Assembly: GCA_017303715.1 (NCBI GenBank)
Contig: JAFLBZ010000011.1
Coordinates: 36,375-100,374 of the forward strand
Direction of reading: 5' to 3'
From: Rhodothermia bacterium
GTDB lineage: Bacteria > Bacteroidota > Rhodothermia > Rhodothermales > UBA2364
Length of the DNA: 64,000 nucleotides
Both the position numbers and the translations under genes were made by a program. Of this stretch, positions 49,959 through 60,600 are shown piece by piece (the first letter of the stretch is position 1; every line of letters begins with the position of its first letter). Under the pieces are notes generated by a model that did no database searches, was not told the origin of the DNA, and saw only the letters and a list, made by a program, of their open reading frames with translations.

Positions 49959-50048
49959 ATGAATTATCGGGTGCTAAGGTTATGAAGCATTATTTTTTGA
50001 AAAACTACGGCCTCCGGCGGCACGATGCTGTTAAAGGATGGGGAATTA

Positions 50049-50086
50049 CCAAAACAAAAAGCACTCACTTTTTGAGGTAAGTGCTT
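50049..50086 (-). terminator. Intrinsic terminator of the DUF4920 gene
   Basis: Minus strand reads AAGCACTTAC-ctcaaaaa-GTGAGTGCTT (10-bp stem) followed by TTTGTTTTGG. Confidence 0.75.
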
Positions 50087-50117
50087 ACAAACAAGGTGGT
50101 ACTGGCAAATTTCGGGT

Positions 50118-50615
50118 CTATTTTTTCAACAAAACCCCATCGGCCAAGAATCCCCAAGAAGTTTTAGGTTGGGTAATGGCATCAATCTCGGATTGTGGTT
50201 TGCCTTCATCTTCTGCCAAGTGCCGTAGATGCTCGACCGATTCTTCTTTTTTCTCGAAGATACCAGAAGCGACAATTTGGCGTCCTGCAATGTCTTTGGG
50301 CATAAAGAAGGCATAATCTTTAAAGGTGACACGGATGGATTCGCCATCAGCACGTTTTAGGGTCATCCAACAGCCTTTGGCCTGACAAACTTTTTCCACC
50401 TCTCCTTTTACCACTACACTTTTACCGGGCTTAGATTGTGCATCTGCCAAACCTTGTGCTACTGTAATGGCGCCACGTAATTTTACCGGAACCAATCCAA
50501 TGTGTTCATAACCGGAAGGTGCTGTTATCTTTTTTGAGCCATCAGCGTTTTGTATCGCGGAGCCACTACAAGCTGCCAAGCCCAGCATAAGCCCCAATAT
50601 CAGAAACTGTCGCAT
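50118..50615 (-). CDS. DUF4920-family lipoprotein
   Basis: 165 aa. Lipobox LGLAACSGS. GEVEKVCQAKGCWMTL...VTFKDYAFFMPKD core. Confidence 0.7.
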   Translation of the reverse strand: MRQFLILGLMLGLAACSGSAIQNADGSKKITAPSGYEHIGLVPVKLRGAITVAQGLADAQSKPGKSVVVKGEVEKVCQAKGCWMTLKRADGESIRVTFKDYAFFMPKDIAGRQIVASGIFEKKEESVEHLRHLAEDEGKPQSEIDAITQPKTSWGFLADGVLLKK

Positions 50616-51034
50616 TGTTCAAAATGGTTTTGTTTAGAGGTATTTCAATCTTTTAAGATACATCTTTTTCACAAAGGGTGTAGCGTTGCCCTTTAAAAAA
50701 TGGCAGAATAAAGCTTATGGCCAGTCATGCTCCTACAAGACCGCAGCTCGTTTCCGAGGAATGAATACGGCCATCAACAAGCAAATACATTCTATTTTTT
50801 CACTTTTGAGGTAATTTTAGACACTTTTTTCATCACAGCCTTTTCTTTTTAGGTCTCCTACATGTCCTTGGGGTATATTGTTGAAGACAGTCAGGAGCTT
50901 CCTAAGTAGGCCGGATGGTTTGATTTCGCAGGTGAATGGTGTAACCTTTATGGAAACCAAAGCGGCAAATACGGTGTATTCTGACCATAAAATGTGCGTA
51001 GTGCATACGCCCCATCTTTTAGACCCTAAAAAAC

Positions 51035-54000
51035 ATGCGCATCCAACAAAAGTTACGCGTTTACTTGCTCTTTTTACCCTTGCTGTTATTTTTTGCGGAG
51101 CAGACCGAGGCCCAGTATTTCAATTTCGGAAAAAACCGGGTCAATTATGGCAATCATGTATGGTCCTACATCCAGTCCAAACATTTCGATGTGTATTACT
51201 ACGAAGGAGGTGCCTATTTGGCACGCTTTACCGCAGACGCAGCGGAGGACGCATACAACCAAATCACCAAGGACTTTAACCATGAGATTTCCGACCGAAT
51301 TACCATCATGGTGTATCAGAGCCACAACGATTTTGCGGTGAACAATGCAGCCCCCTTACCCGATAATGCAGAAGGGATTGGTGGGGTGACAGAATTGTAC
51401 AAAAACCGTGTCATCATACCTTTTACAGGGGATTATGCGGACTATCGGCGGCTCATTCATCATGAACTTACCCACGCCGTTGTAAACGATATGTTTTATG
51501 GCGGCTCTATTCAAAACGTGATCCAAAACCGTATTCAACTGAATATCCCGCTTTGGTTTAACGAAGGCATTGCCGAGTATCAGGCACAAGGCTGGGATAC
51601 CAACTCGGACATGTACGTTCGGGAAGCCATTCTAACGAATCAGTTAGACCGCATTGAACAGTTGGATGGGTATTTTGCCTACCGAGGTGGTCAAAGTGTT
51701 TGGGATTATATATCGGAACAATATGGCCGCGAAAAGATTGGCGAGATCATGCAAAAATTGCGACTCACGCGATCGGTCGAAAGTGCGTTCAAGCAAGCAA
51801 CAGGTCTTTCGTTGAAGGAACTCTCGGAGCGGTGGCAATCCTCCCTGAAAAAAGTGTATTGGCCAGAAGTTGCGATTCGGGAAGACCTCAACGATACAGG
51901 CAAACTGCTCATCAGCCGCGAAAAAGGCTTTCTTTACACGTCCGCCGCCGAGATATCGCCACAGGGAGACCAAATGGTCTTTATCTCGACCCGTGACGGC
52001 CTTTTTGATGTCTTTTTGGCCAGAACCAGCGATGGCAAAGTCATTCGTCGGCTTGCCAATGGCCAAGACAACAACCGCTTCGAGAGCCTAAAAATCCTAT
52101 CGCCGGGCATTGCATGGAACGCTGCCGGAACCCACATCGCCCTACCTGCCAAAAGCAAGGCAAGCGATGTGATACAGGTCATGGACGTTAAAACCCGCAA
52201 AACCAAAGAATATCGTATTCCAGATGTAGATGCCATTATCTCCATCGCATGGCATCCGAAACAAGATGCTATGGCGATCTCGGCCACGAAAGACGCACAG
52301 AGCGACCTCTACTTGTTGGATCTGAAAACGGGCGAGGCAAAAAATCTGACAAACGATGTCTTTAGTGATCTGGAGCCAGAGTGGGCGCCAGATGGTTCAT
52401 TCTTGGTTTTTCACTCTGATCGCGGGAGCCATACCCGTTTGGCCATGTACCAGCCGCAGAACTTCAATATGATGAACCATAACTACGCCCAAAACGATCT
52501 CTATAAACTCGTTATAGGACAGGGTGAAGTCATGCGCATTACCCAAGACGAAAAATGGGACGAGAAAAGCCCCGTTTTTGGAAATGATCCCAACCTATTA
52601 GCCTTCATCTCCGACCGTAACGGAATCCCAAACCTTTATGCTAAAAACCTAACTACGGGCGAGGAAAGACCGTTGACCAATGTGATTACCGGCATAACCC
52701 AAGCCTCCTTATCCGCAGATGGCAAAAAGGTGGTTCTCAATAGCTTGGAAAAAGGGACGCCCTCCATCTATCTCTTAAAAGACCCCTTTAGCCGTATGAA
52801 AACAAATGATTCCCTTGTTCCGAATGTGTGGGCACAGCGGGTGACACAAACCACAGATCCGAGGACGCCAGCCCTTGCCATGGTGGACAAAGACCTGATC
52901 CAAGCAAACCCATTTTTGCGGGATGCCACCGATGGCAATCCATTCCCTTATAAATCCGACCGTCCGGGAAATATTTTTTCGCGCATAAAAGCCTCCATGG
53001 GAAGCACGCCGGGGGTACGAAATGTGCCTGATAATACCTCGCCCGTACCCACAAAACCAGAAGCAGGGAGCACCCCCAGCACCGGTACAACACCAAGCCC
53101 AACGCCTACCCGAACTTCTGCCAAGCCGGACACCACACATTATGGTGGAAAACGGGTGGATTTTCGGAATTATGTCTTCAACAACTCGTTCGATACAGCA
53201 AATAAAGACCGTTTGCCAGAAGACCTAAACCGGTTTGACCCAACCGACAATGTGGACTCTACGGGAGCATACCGCGACAAAAAGTATAAACTAAAGTTCA
53301 CCACCGACCTCATCAATGGCGCTGCCGGATACAGTACCCTCTATGGGGTACAAGGCAATACCACTTTTGCGTTCTCGGATGTAACGGGCGATCACCAATT
53401 GGTATTGGCAACCAACTTGATGGTGGATTTGCGAAATTCAGATTACCTCCTGGCCTATACCTACCTCCCTAAACGCATAGATTGGACGATGGTCGGGTAT
53501 CATAATGCCAACATCATTGCCCTAAGCGACAATACCCAATATGGATATAGCTACTACCGTTATCGCTCATTTGGTGGCGGGGTAATGGGTTCTTACCCCA
53601 TTGATAAGTTCCGACGAATAGAAGGAACCTTGTCTTTGGCCTCGCTCCGCCAAACCAACATCAGTTACTTTAATGTTCCTGTCGAAATTCGCTCTTATCT
53701 CTATCCGTCCATTTCTTACCAAAAAGATGTGACAGTGGATGGTTATACCTTTCCGGTAAGTGGTTATCGTTACGGAATCACCTTCCAAAGTTCACCTTTT
53801 AGTTTTGGATCGGACAAACAAGTCCGGTTTGGAACGGTTCTCGGTGACTTCCGCTACTACAAATCGCTGATGTCTCGGTATTATACCTTGGCCGTTCGGC
53901 TATCCGGCGGCCACTCCTTCGGGAAAACGCCCCAGTTGTTCTATACCGCAGGTACGGGTAGCTACTGGATCAACCGCAGCTTTGATAGCCAGAACGATTT

Positions 54001-54421
54001 CCCCATCTTAGACGTGGCCGATTTTGAGTTGGCGCTGCCGGTTATGCCGTTACGTGGCTTTGATGTCACCAACCAATATGGTTCAACATTTGGCTTGGTC
54101 AACGCAGAATTCCGTTTCCCACTCATCGCCGCACTACTCCCCGGCCCCATTCCAGTGATTCCACTCTACAACATCCAAGGCGTAGCCTTTGTGGATGCCG
54201 GTTCTATTTGGGGCGGGCGGAACGAAAACAATCCAAGGTTTAATCTCTGGAAAACAGATGCCACCGGAAGCCGTGTATTCGACGACGTTCGCGCCAGTGC
54301 GGGTCTTGGTATTCGGATTATTGCGTTGGGCTACCCGATTCAGTTAGACTGGGCATGGCCCTACACCGGAAAAGGGTTTGAAAAAAGCCGATTCTTGGTA
54401 TCGCTGGGCTTAGATTTCTAA
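51035..54421 (+). CDS. Large outer-membrane protein: N-terminal gluzincin-like (Peptidase_MA-like) domain, PD40/TolB-like beta-propeller, Pro/Thr linker, C-terminal Omp85-like beta-barrel
   Basis: 1128 aa. Signal peptide, HELTHAV plus NEGIAEY, repeated PD40-type segments (FHSDRGS, FISDRNG), linker TSPVPTKPEAGSTPSTGTTPSPTPT, and a beta-barrel tail ending SLGLDF. Confidence 0.8.
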   Translation: MRIQQKLRVYLLFLPLLLFFAEQTEAQYFNFGKNRVNYGNHVWSYIQSKHFDVYYYEGGAYLARFTADAAEDAYNQITKDFNHEISDRITIMVYQSHNDFAVNNAAPLPDNAEGIGGVTELYKNRVIIPFTGDYADYRRLIHHELTHAVVNDMFYGGSIQNVIQNRIQLNIPLWFNEGIAEYQAQGWDTNSDMYVREAILTNQLDRIEQLDGYFAYRGGQSVWDYISEQYGREKIGEIMQKLRLTRSVESAFKQATGLSLKELSERWQSSLKKVYWPEVAIREDLNDTGKLLISREKGFLYTSAAEISPQGDQMVFISTRDGLFDVFLARTSDGKVIRRLANGQDNNRFESLKILSPGIAWNAAGTHIALPAKSKASDVIQVMDVKTRKTKEYRIPDVDAIISIAWHPKQDAMAISATKDAQSDLYLLDLKTGEAKNLTNDVFSDLEPEWAPDGSFLVFHSDRGSHTRLAMYQPQNFNMMNHNYAQNDLYKLVIGQGEVMRITQDEKWDEKSPVFGNDPNLLAFISDRNGIPNLYAKNLTTGEERPLTNVITGITQASLSADGKKVVLNSLEKGTPSIYLLKDPFSRMKTNDSLVPNVWAQRVTQTTDPRTPALAMVDKDLIQANPFLRDATDGNPFPYKSDRPGNIFSRIKASMGSTPGVRNVPDNTSPVPTKPEAGSTPSTGTTPSPTPTRTSAKPDTTHYGGKRVDFRNYVFNNSFDTANKDRLPEDLNRFDPTDNVDSTGAYRDKKYKLKFTTDLINGAAGYSTLYGVQGNTTFAFSDVTGDHQLVLATNLMVDLRNSDYLLAYTYLPKRIDWTMVGYHNANIIALSDNTQYGYSYYRYRSFGGGVMGSYPIDKFRRIEGTLSLASLRQTNISYFNVPVEIRSYLYPSISYQKDVTVDGYTFPVSGYRYGITFQSSPFSFGSDKQVRFGTVLGDFRYYKSLMSRYYTLAVRLSGGHSFGKTPQLFYTAGTGSYWINRSFDSQNDFPILDVADFELALPVMPLRGFDVTNQYGSTFGLVNAEFRFPLIAALLPGPIPVIPLYNIQGVAFVDAGSIWGGRNENNPRFNLWKTDATGSRVFDDVRASAGLGIRIIALGYPIQLDWAWPYTGKGFEKSRFLVSLGLDF

Positions 54422-54448
54422 AAACCGATCCAACCTCTTGGCCCAAAA

Positions 54449-54476
54449 GGGGTCTCCGATAAAGAGGCCCCTTTTT
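54449..54476 (+). terminator. Intrinsic terminator
   Basis: GGGGTCTC / GAGGCCCC 8-bp stem (one G-U pair), 7-nt loop, T5. Confidence 0.75.
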
Positions 54477-54809
54477 ATATTAATATGGGTTATGGCTTAA
54501 TCAAAGCTATCGTCTAACGATACTTCATGGAAGAGGTACAAACATCGCCTCATCAGGGCGGCATGTTCCGACCTACAAGCGTGCGGACACAAGTTCGTGA
54601 ACCTCAAGTTCCAACAAACGCGAGGATTCACAAAAAGGAGCCAATTCATTTAATCACAACCATTTAAAACCCACAACTCGCTGGATTTGCAGAAATCCTT
54701 GGCATATAGCAGAATACTGACCTTACCCTATTGCATAATTCTTTGAAAGGTTAGTCCTTAAGTTTTAGTTGATATTCCTTAAAACCCATAACGCAGGTTA
54801 GAAGCGTAC

Positions 54810-55577
54810 TTAGTCCGTTATACGTTCCAAAACAAAAGCTACCTTCCCCGCACGGTATTGAAACTTTTTGGTTTTATCCGCAGCATTAACCAAGTAGTAC
54901 AAGAGCAGTTTTGCGCCCTCCTTCCGCCAACCCAAATGCCGAACCTGTCTTCTGGTAATGTTGATAAGGGAAAGCACGTCTATATCGGCAGCCGCTAAAT
55001 CCCCACCGATAACCAATTGGACATGTGTAGCATCCAAACCTTGTACCCGCCCATTCGCCAGAATCGTGAAGAAGGCTTGCACATTGGGTTCTTCTTTGTT
55101 CTGCCCAACCACACGATACTTGCCCTTTAAGAGATGCTCCAAATAATAATTGGGCATTACAGCGCCAATCTGCTTATCTGTAACGGCGGCCTTAATGCGA
55201 ACAAAAGTGTGGTCGGTTCCTGTTCGGTGATTGTGGAAGGAAAGATGGTTTTCGTCCTCCAAGGTCACCGTTGTTGGCTTTTGGGCATCAAATAGGCGAA
55301 TTTCGAGCTGGTTAGGTTTTTTGACCTGATAAGAAATTGCCCCCGACTCGAAAGTGCCATTTTGCACGTAAACCGAGTCCGCACGGTCAGTAAAAATGAG
55401 TTCAATGGGCAATGTTTGTGTGGCGAGGAACGTACCATTCTTCAACACCACCTGACGAGTCCCCTCATCTATCCAGTTTCCAGTCCAGTTTGTTGCCGTT
55501 AAAGGGGTTTCGGGCGTATTTTTACATCCGAGAACGAACCCGGAAAAGAAGAAGAGCAAGCGCCACATTGGTTTCAT
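54810..55577 (-). CDS. Hypothetical lipoprotein
   Basis: 255 aa. Lipobox FFFSGFVLGCKN. No family recognised. Confidence 0.55.
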   Translation of the reverse strand: MKPMWRLLFFFSGFVLGCKNTPETPLTATNWTGNWIDEGTRQVVLKNGTFLATQTLPIELIFTDRADSVYVQNGTFESGAISYQVKKPNQLEIRLFDAQKPTTVTLEDENHLSFHNHRTGTDHTFVRIKAAVTDKQIGAVMPNYYLEHLLKGKYRVVGQNKEEPNVQAFFTILANGRVQGLDATHVQLVIGGDLAAADIDVLSLINITRRQVRHLGWRKEGAKLLLYYLVNAADKTKKFQYRAGKVAFVLERITD

Positions 55578-55769
55578 TGTTGTTGAATAAAAGCGAAGTC
55601 ACAAAAAACGGCCAAAGGTTAGGGCCATTGTAGTCGTGCAAATATACGCATCCATCCAAACAAATTGCATGAGCATGTTCCAATGGAAAAACAAAAAAGC
55701 CACCGGAAAAAGGTGGCCTTTCGGAGACAAAAATGGGCCTTTTGAACTGATTCTTTAGATAAAAATGCT

Positions 55770-57305
55770 TTATTGCTTGCGTCGTAGGCCCCACGGCGAC
55801 ACGAAGGCATCTATAAAAATAGACGCACCCGTCGTACTGGTTGTGGTAGCGGTTTTGGCAGTTTCTTTCCCTGAAACCGCCTGCCCGCCACTCCGCATAA
55901 GTACAGCGGCAACTGCGGCGGCCTCGTCCATTCCGGCATCATCTAACGCAAGAACGGCTGGGGTGAAGTAAAGCGGCACAAAGTGTGTATCGAAGTTGCC
56001 AGACGTAAAAGCATCGTGCTGCATCACAAACTGGCAGAATGGAATGGTGGTTTGTACCCCCACAATCTCATACTCGCGAAGGGCGCGGCGCATGGCTCGG
56101 ATGGCAGCGGCGCGGGTTTTACCCCATGTACAGAGTTTTGAAATCATCGGATCGTAGTAGATTTGTACCTCCATACCTTCTGCGATACCTGCATCCACCC
56201 GCACGTTTGGCCCGCTTGGTGGTTGGTGACGGTCTAAGTGCCCGGGATCTGGTAAGAAGTTGTTGGTGGGATCCTCGGCATAAACGCGGCACTCTATGGC
56301 ATGACCGCTGATGTGTAGGTCTTCTTGCGTGTAACCCAATGCTTCGCCTTCGGCAACCCGAATTTGCTCGGCAACCAAATCTATTCCGGTGATCATCTCG
56401 GATACCGGATGTTCTACTTGAAGACGGGTATTCATTTCCATAAAGTAGAAATTGCGGTTTTTATCCACCAAGAACTCTACAGTTCCTGTGCCTACATAAC
56501 CACAGGCTTTGGCGGTTTTGATGGCCGCTTCGCCCATTTCTGCCCGCATCTTAGGTGTGAGGATGGAGGAAGGCGCTTCTTCAACCACTTTTTGGTGACG
56601 ACGTTGGATGGAACACTCCCGCTCGAAGAGGTGAACCACATTCCCATGTTGATCTGCCAATACCTGAAACTCGATGTGGCGTGGCTCTACGATGTATTTT
56701 TCCACATAAACACGTCCATCACCAAAGGCAGACAATGCCTCGGATTGTGCAGACTGCATGGCATTTTCAAAATCCTCCACCTTGTGAACGATCCGCATCC
56801 CTTTTCCACCACCACCCGCAGAGGCTTTCACCAAGACAGGGAATCCAATGGAAACCGCAATCTGTTTTGCTTCTTCTACGTCGTCAATAGAATCCGTGGT
56901 TCCGGGAGCCATAGGCACATTGGCCTCCTTCATCAACAACCGAGAGGTTACTTTGTCCCCCATTGCCTCGATGGCTCCGGTCGGTGGACCGATAAAAATG
57001 ATGCCTTCTTCGGCACAACGACGGGCAAAGGTGGCATTTTCGGAGAGAAAGCCATAACCCGGATGGATGGCATCTGCACCAGATACTTGTGCCACTTCTA
57101 AAATTTTATCCATCACCAGATAAGACTGGTTGGAGGGTGCTGGGCCAAGGAGATAGGCTTCGTCGGCCATTTGGACGTGAAGGGCGGTTCGGTCTGGCTC
57201 GCTATACACAGCGACCGATTTTATTCCCAGTTCCCGACAAGTACGAATAACCCGACAAGCGATTTCGCCACGGTTGGCAATGAGGATTTTCTTGATCTTG
57301 GGCAT
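55770..57305 (-). CDS. accC: Biotin carboxylase (acyl-CoA carboxylase BC subunit) with about 60-aa C-terminal tail, no BCCP domain
   Basis: 511 aa. KILIANRGEIA, ATP-grasp GGGGKGMR, EMNTRLQVEHPV. No accB is adjacent. Confidence 0.93.
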   Translation of the reverse strand: MPKIKKILIANRGEIACRVIRTCRELGIKSVAVYSEPDRTALHVQMADEAYLLGPAPSNQSYLVMDKILEVAQVSGADAIHPGYGFLSENATFARRCAEEGIIFIGPPTGAIEAMGDKVTSRLLMKEANVPMAPGTTDSIDDVEEAKQIAVSIGFPVLVKASAGGGGKGMRIVHKVEDFENAMQSAQSEALSAFGDGRVYVEKYIVEPRHIEFQVLADQHGNVVHLFERECSIQRRHQKVVEEAPSSILTPKMRAEMGEAAIKTAKACGYVGTGTVEFLVDKNRNFYFMEMNTRLQVEHPVSEMITGIDLVAEQIRVAEGEALGYTQEDLHISGHAIECRVYAEDPTNNFLPDPGHLDRHQPPSGPNVRVDAGIAEGMEVQIYYDPMISKLCTWGKTRAAAIRAMRRALREYEIVGVQTTIPFCQFVMQHDAFTSGNFDTHFVPLYFTPAVLALDDAGMDEAAAVAAVLMRSGGQAVSGKETAKTATTTSTTGASIFIDAFVSPWGLRRKQ

Positions 57306-57680
57306 AGGAGGGGGCTTTGTACATCCCGATTTCGTGGAATACGTCGTCGGAACGTTAGATGATTGAACGAAATTTAAGGAGGGGCAGGGTTTTGAAAATT
57401 ACAACATTGGCTCGGTACTATGCTGGTTCATGAATTAATTCAACGTGGAATTTTAGGCAGTTACGTTTGAAAGATTCAAGGAGTTATGGCGAAGTTGGCC
57501 TTATGATGCTATACGCTCATAAAAATCGCTGGCTCCTATGACATCCCTTTTTACACGCTCTTGGAGGAAGTGCCAGATCAGGCCAAGAATGCGGGTATCC
57601 CTTGCTCATATTTTATCTCACGCCTTGCTTCAAGTCATAAAGACAATAACTGGGGTACGCCTAAAGGATAAAAGGCGAAA

Positions 57681-60600
57681 ATGACGTATTTTGAGGTTGT
57701 TCACGCACCCAAAAACATCCATTGTCCTTATATGGAACAGATCAAACAAATGATGACTCCCTTGTTGAACAAGATTGCACAAAAAAACAAAAACACCTAC
57801 CATAGAACTTTTGTTTTTCTTTTGTGTTTAGGGCTTACAGCTTGTTCGGGGTCTAAAAATCAGTCCACCCTACCGCCAGAAACCAGCCCTATCGCTACCA
57901 AATCACCACAAGAAAAGGAAGTACTTAAATCCAACTTCCAACTGGCAAAAGAAGGGATTCAAGAAAAATTGACCATGATCATGACCATGCCACAGTTGGC
58001 CAAGCGAGCTGCCTTATGGAAAATGGACTCCTTAGTGGTGCATGATGAAAAGAGGGTGATTGAGCTAAAAATGAATGATGGCATGGGATATGTTCCCTAC
58101 AGAGAAGAGCAGGTGGAACGAATTTATAGCGCATTCAAAACGGTTTTAACCCCAATTTATCCCGAATATGACGTCCAGATAACCGTTTTAGGACAACCTT
58201 TGCAAGAGTTAATCCCGAACATTTATAGAAACCAAACCCCAAAAGATGCCTCAAGATTACCAAAAAATGACCTCCGAGGCAGACCCATTGTACAGAATAC
58301 CAGTAGAATACACCAACCAGAGCAAGGGCTTTTTAATCGCAATATTGCGCTCTGGCACAGTCATGGCTGGTATTACGAGCAAAAGCTAAACCGTTGGGAA
58401 TGGCAGCGTGCAAGAAGTTTTTTAACCGTAGAAGACCTTTTGCCCTTACAATTTGTCTTGCCCTATGTCGTACCCATGTTGGAAAATGCAGGCGCCCATG
58501 TGCTTTTGCCAAGGGAAAGAGACCCCAACCCAAACGAAGTGGTGACGGATAATAATGGCATCTGGTCTAATGCGGCAAACAATAAATCGGTGTATAAAGA
58601 ACACGGAAGATGGAGCAATGGCGGTGCTGGGTTTGCAATGGGGCAACCTCCCTATCCAGAAGGCGTAAATCCATTCCAATTAGGGAGTTACCGGACAGCA
58701 ACAACCGCTATAAAACCCAATGCACAAGCAACTTGGACACCAGATGTCCCAGAATCTGGAATGTATGCCGTTTATGTAGCTTATCAATCGTTACCACAAA
58801 GTATAGAAGATGCCCATTATACTGTAGAACATGCAGGAGGAAAAACAAGCTTCCTCGTGAACCAAAAAATTGGAGGTGGAACTTGGGTTTATTTAGGAAC
58901 GTTCCAATTTGATGCAGGACAGCGGGGACGCATCAGCCTTACGAACCAAAGCAACGAAAGCGGTCAATTGGTTACGGCAGATGCCATCCGTTTGGGTGGT
59001 GGAATGGGTCTTGCTTTGCGGAATGGAACCACAAGCGGAAGACCAAAATATGTAGAAGGCGCTCGGTATTGGTTGCAATATGCCGGAATGCCAGATTCCT
59101 TGGTGTATAATGTTTCTCCACCAAAGGATGATGACTATCGAGACGACTTCCAGAGCCGAGGAGAATGGGTCAATTATTTGCGTGGCGCACCATTTGGGCC
59201 AAATAAAAACAGGAGCGCAAAAGGTCTGGGGATTCCGATAGACCTTTCGTTGGCCTTTCATACAGATGCAGGACTGACCACCAATGCCAATGTTATTGGT
59301 ACGTTACTCATTTATTCCAGTAAAACATCGGGCAACTCCACCATTTTTCCGGATGGGCAATCTCGTTTTGCGAACCGCGACTTTGCAGACATTCTACAAA
59401 CACAATTAACCGCAGACCTACGCACCCGCTACGACTCTGTTTGGACTCGTCGTGAAATATGGGACAAAGACTATTCGGAGGCTTTCAGGCCCAATGTACC
59501 AGCGGCACTCTTAGAGTTGCTTTCTCATCAGAACTTTCAGGATCAGAAATTTGCACAAGACCCCCGCTACCGCTTCGATGTAGGGCGTGCGATCTATAAG
59601 GCCATCTTGCGGTTTTTGGCAGGTCAATACGGGTACGATCCGGTGGTACAACCGCTACCACCTTCCCATTTTCGGGTAAAATTAGAAGGCGCAAATGCCT
59701 TACTTTCTTGGCAACCAGTAACCGATCCATTAGAAAACACCGCCCTTCCAGACCAATACAGGGTATATATGCGGAAAGGTGACGGGGGTTGGGACAATGG
59801 AACGTTGGTGTCTGGAACCCAATATCGTACCGAAAACTTGGAGGCCAATATCGTCTATGCCTTTAAAGTAGCGGGCGTGAACCAAGGTGGAGAAGGCTTT
59901 CCAACAGAGGTACTGGCCGTTGGTCGGACGCAAAATACAACTCCAACGGTACTGTTGGTCAATGCTTTTGATCGGGTTTCGCCGCCACATATCTTCAATG
60001 AAGGAAAACTCTCTGGCTTTGCACATTGGGAAGACGAAGGGGTTCCGGATGGCATAACGTATGGTTTTACGGGAGATCAATACAATTTTGAAACAGCTTC
60101 CGTATGGAGCGATGATGATGCACCCGGGCACGGAGCAAGCCATGCAAACTATGAGGGAAAACCAATAGCCGGAAATACAAAGGATTTTACGAGGCTACAC
60201 GGAAAAGCACTACTCGCGGCGGGTTACACTTTTGACTCCACAAGCGATGAAGCCGTGATGGACGATGCCTCACTCCTTTTAGGGTACAAAGCAGCAAATT
60301 TGGTGATGGGGGAAGAAAAAGAAACCCCTTGGCCAAAACCAAACGGCACAAACCCACCCATAGCCCCCATGTATAAAGCATTTCCAGTGCCCCTCCAAAA
60401 AAACCTAACTGCTTACTTAGAGCAAGGCGGAAAAATATTTGCGTCTGGCGCGTACATTGGGACGGATTTGGTAAAAGGAAAATCCAGTACACACCCAGAC
60501 TTTGCATTTGCTAAAAACACCCTAAGAATGACGTGGCGCACCGATCATGCCGCTACCACCGGCCAAGTGTACAGCACAGAAACCTCGTTCTTGCCAAGTG

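Noticed and set aside
55770-57305. The 511-aa AccC with a roughly 60-aa Ala/Thr-rich tail and no adjacent accB, as a possible novelty.
   Set aside because: Biotin carboxylase subunits of about 500 aa encoded apart from BCCP are common in this phylogenetic group. The tail is low complexity. This is not unusual enough to flag.
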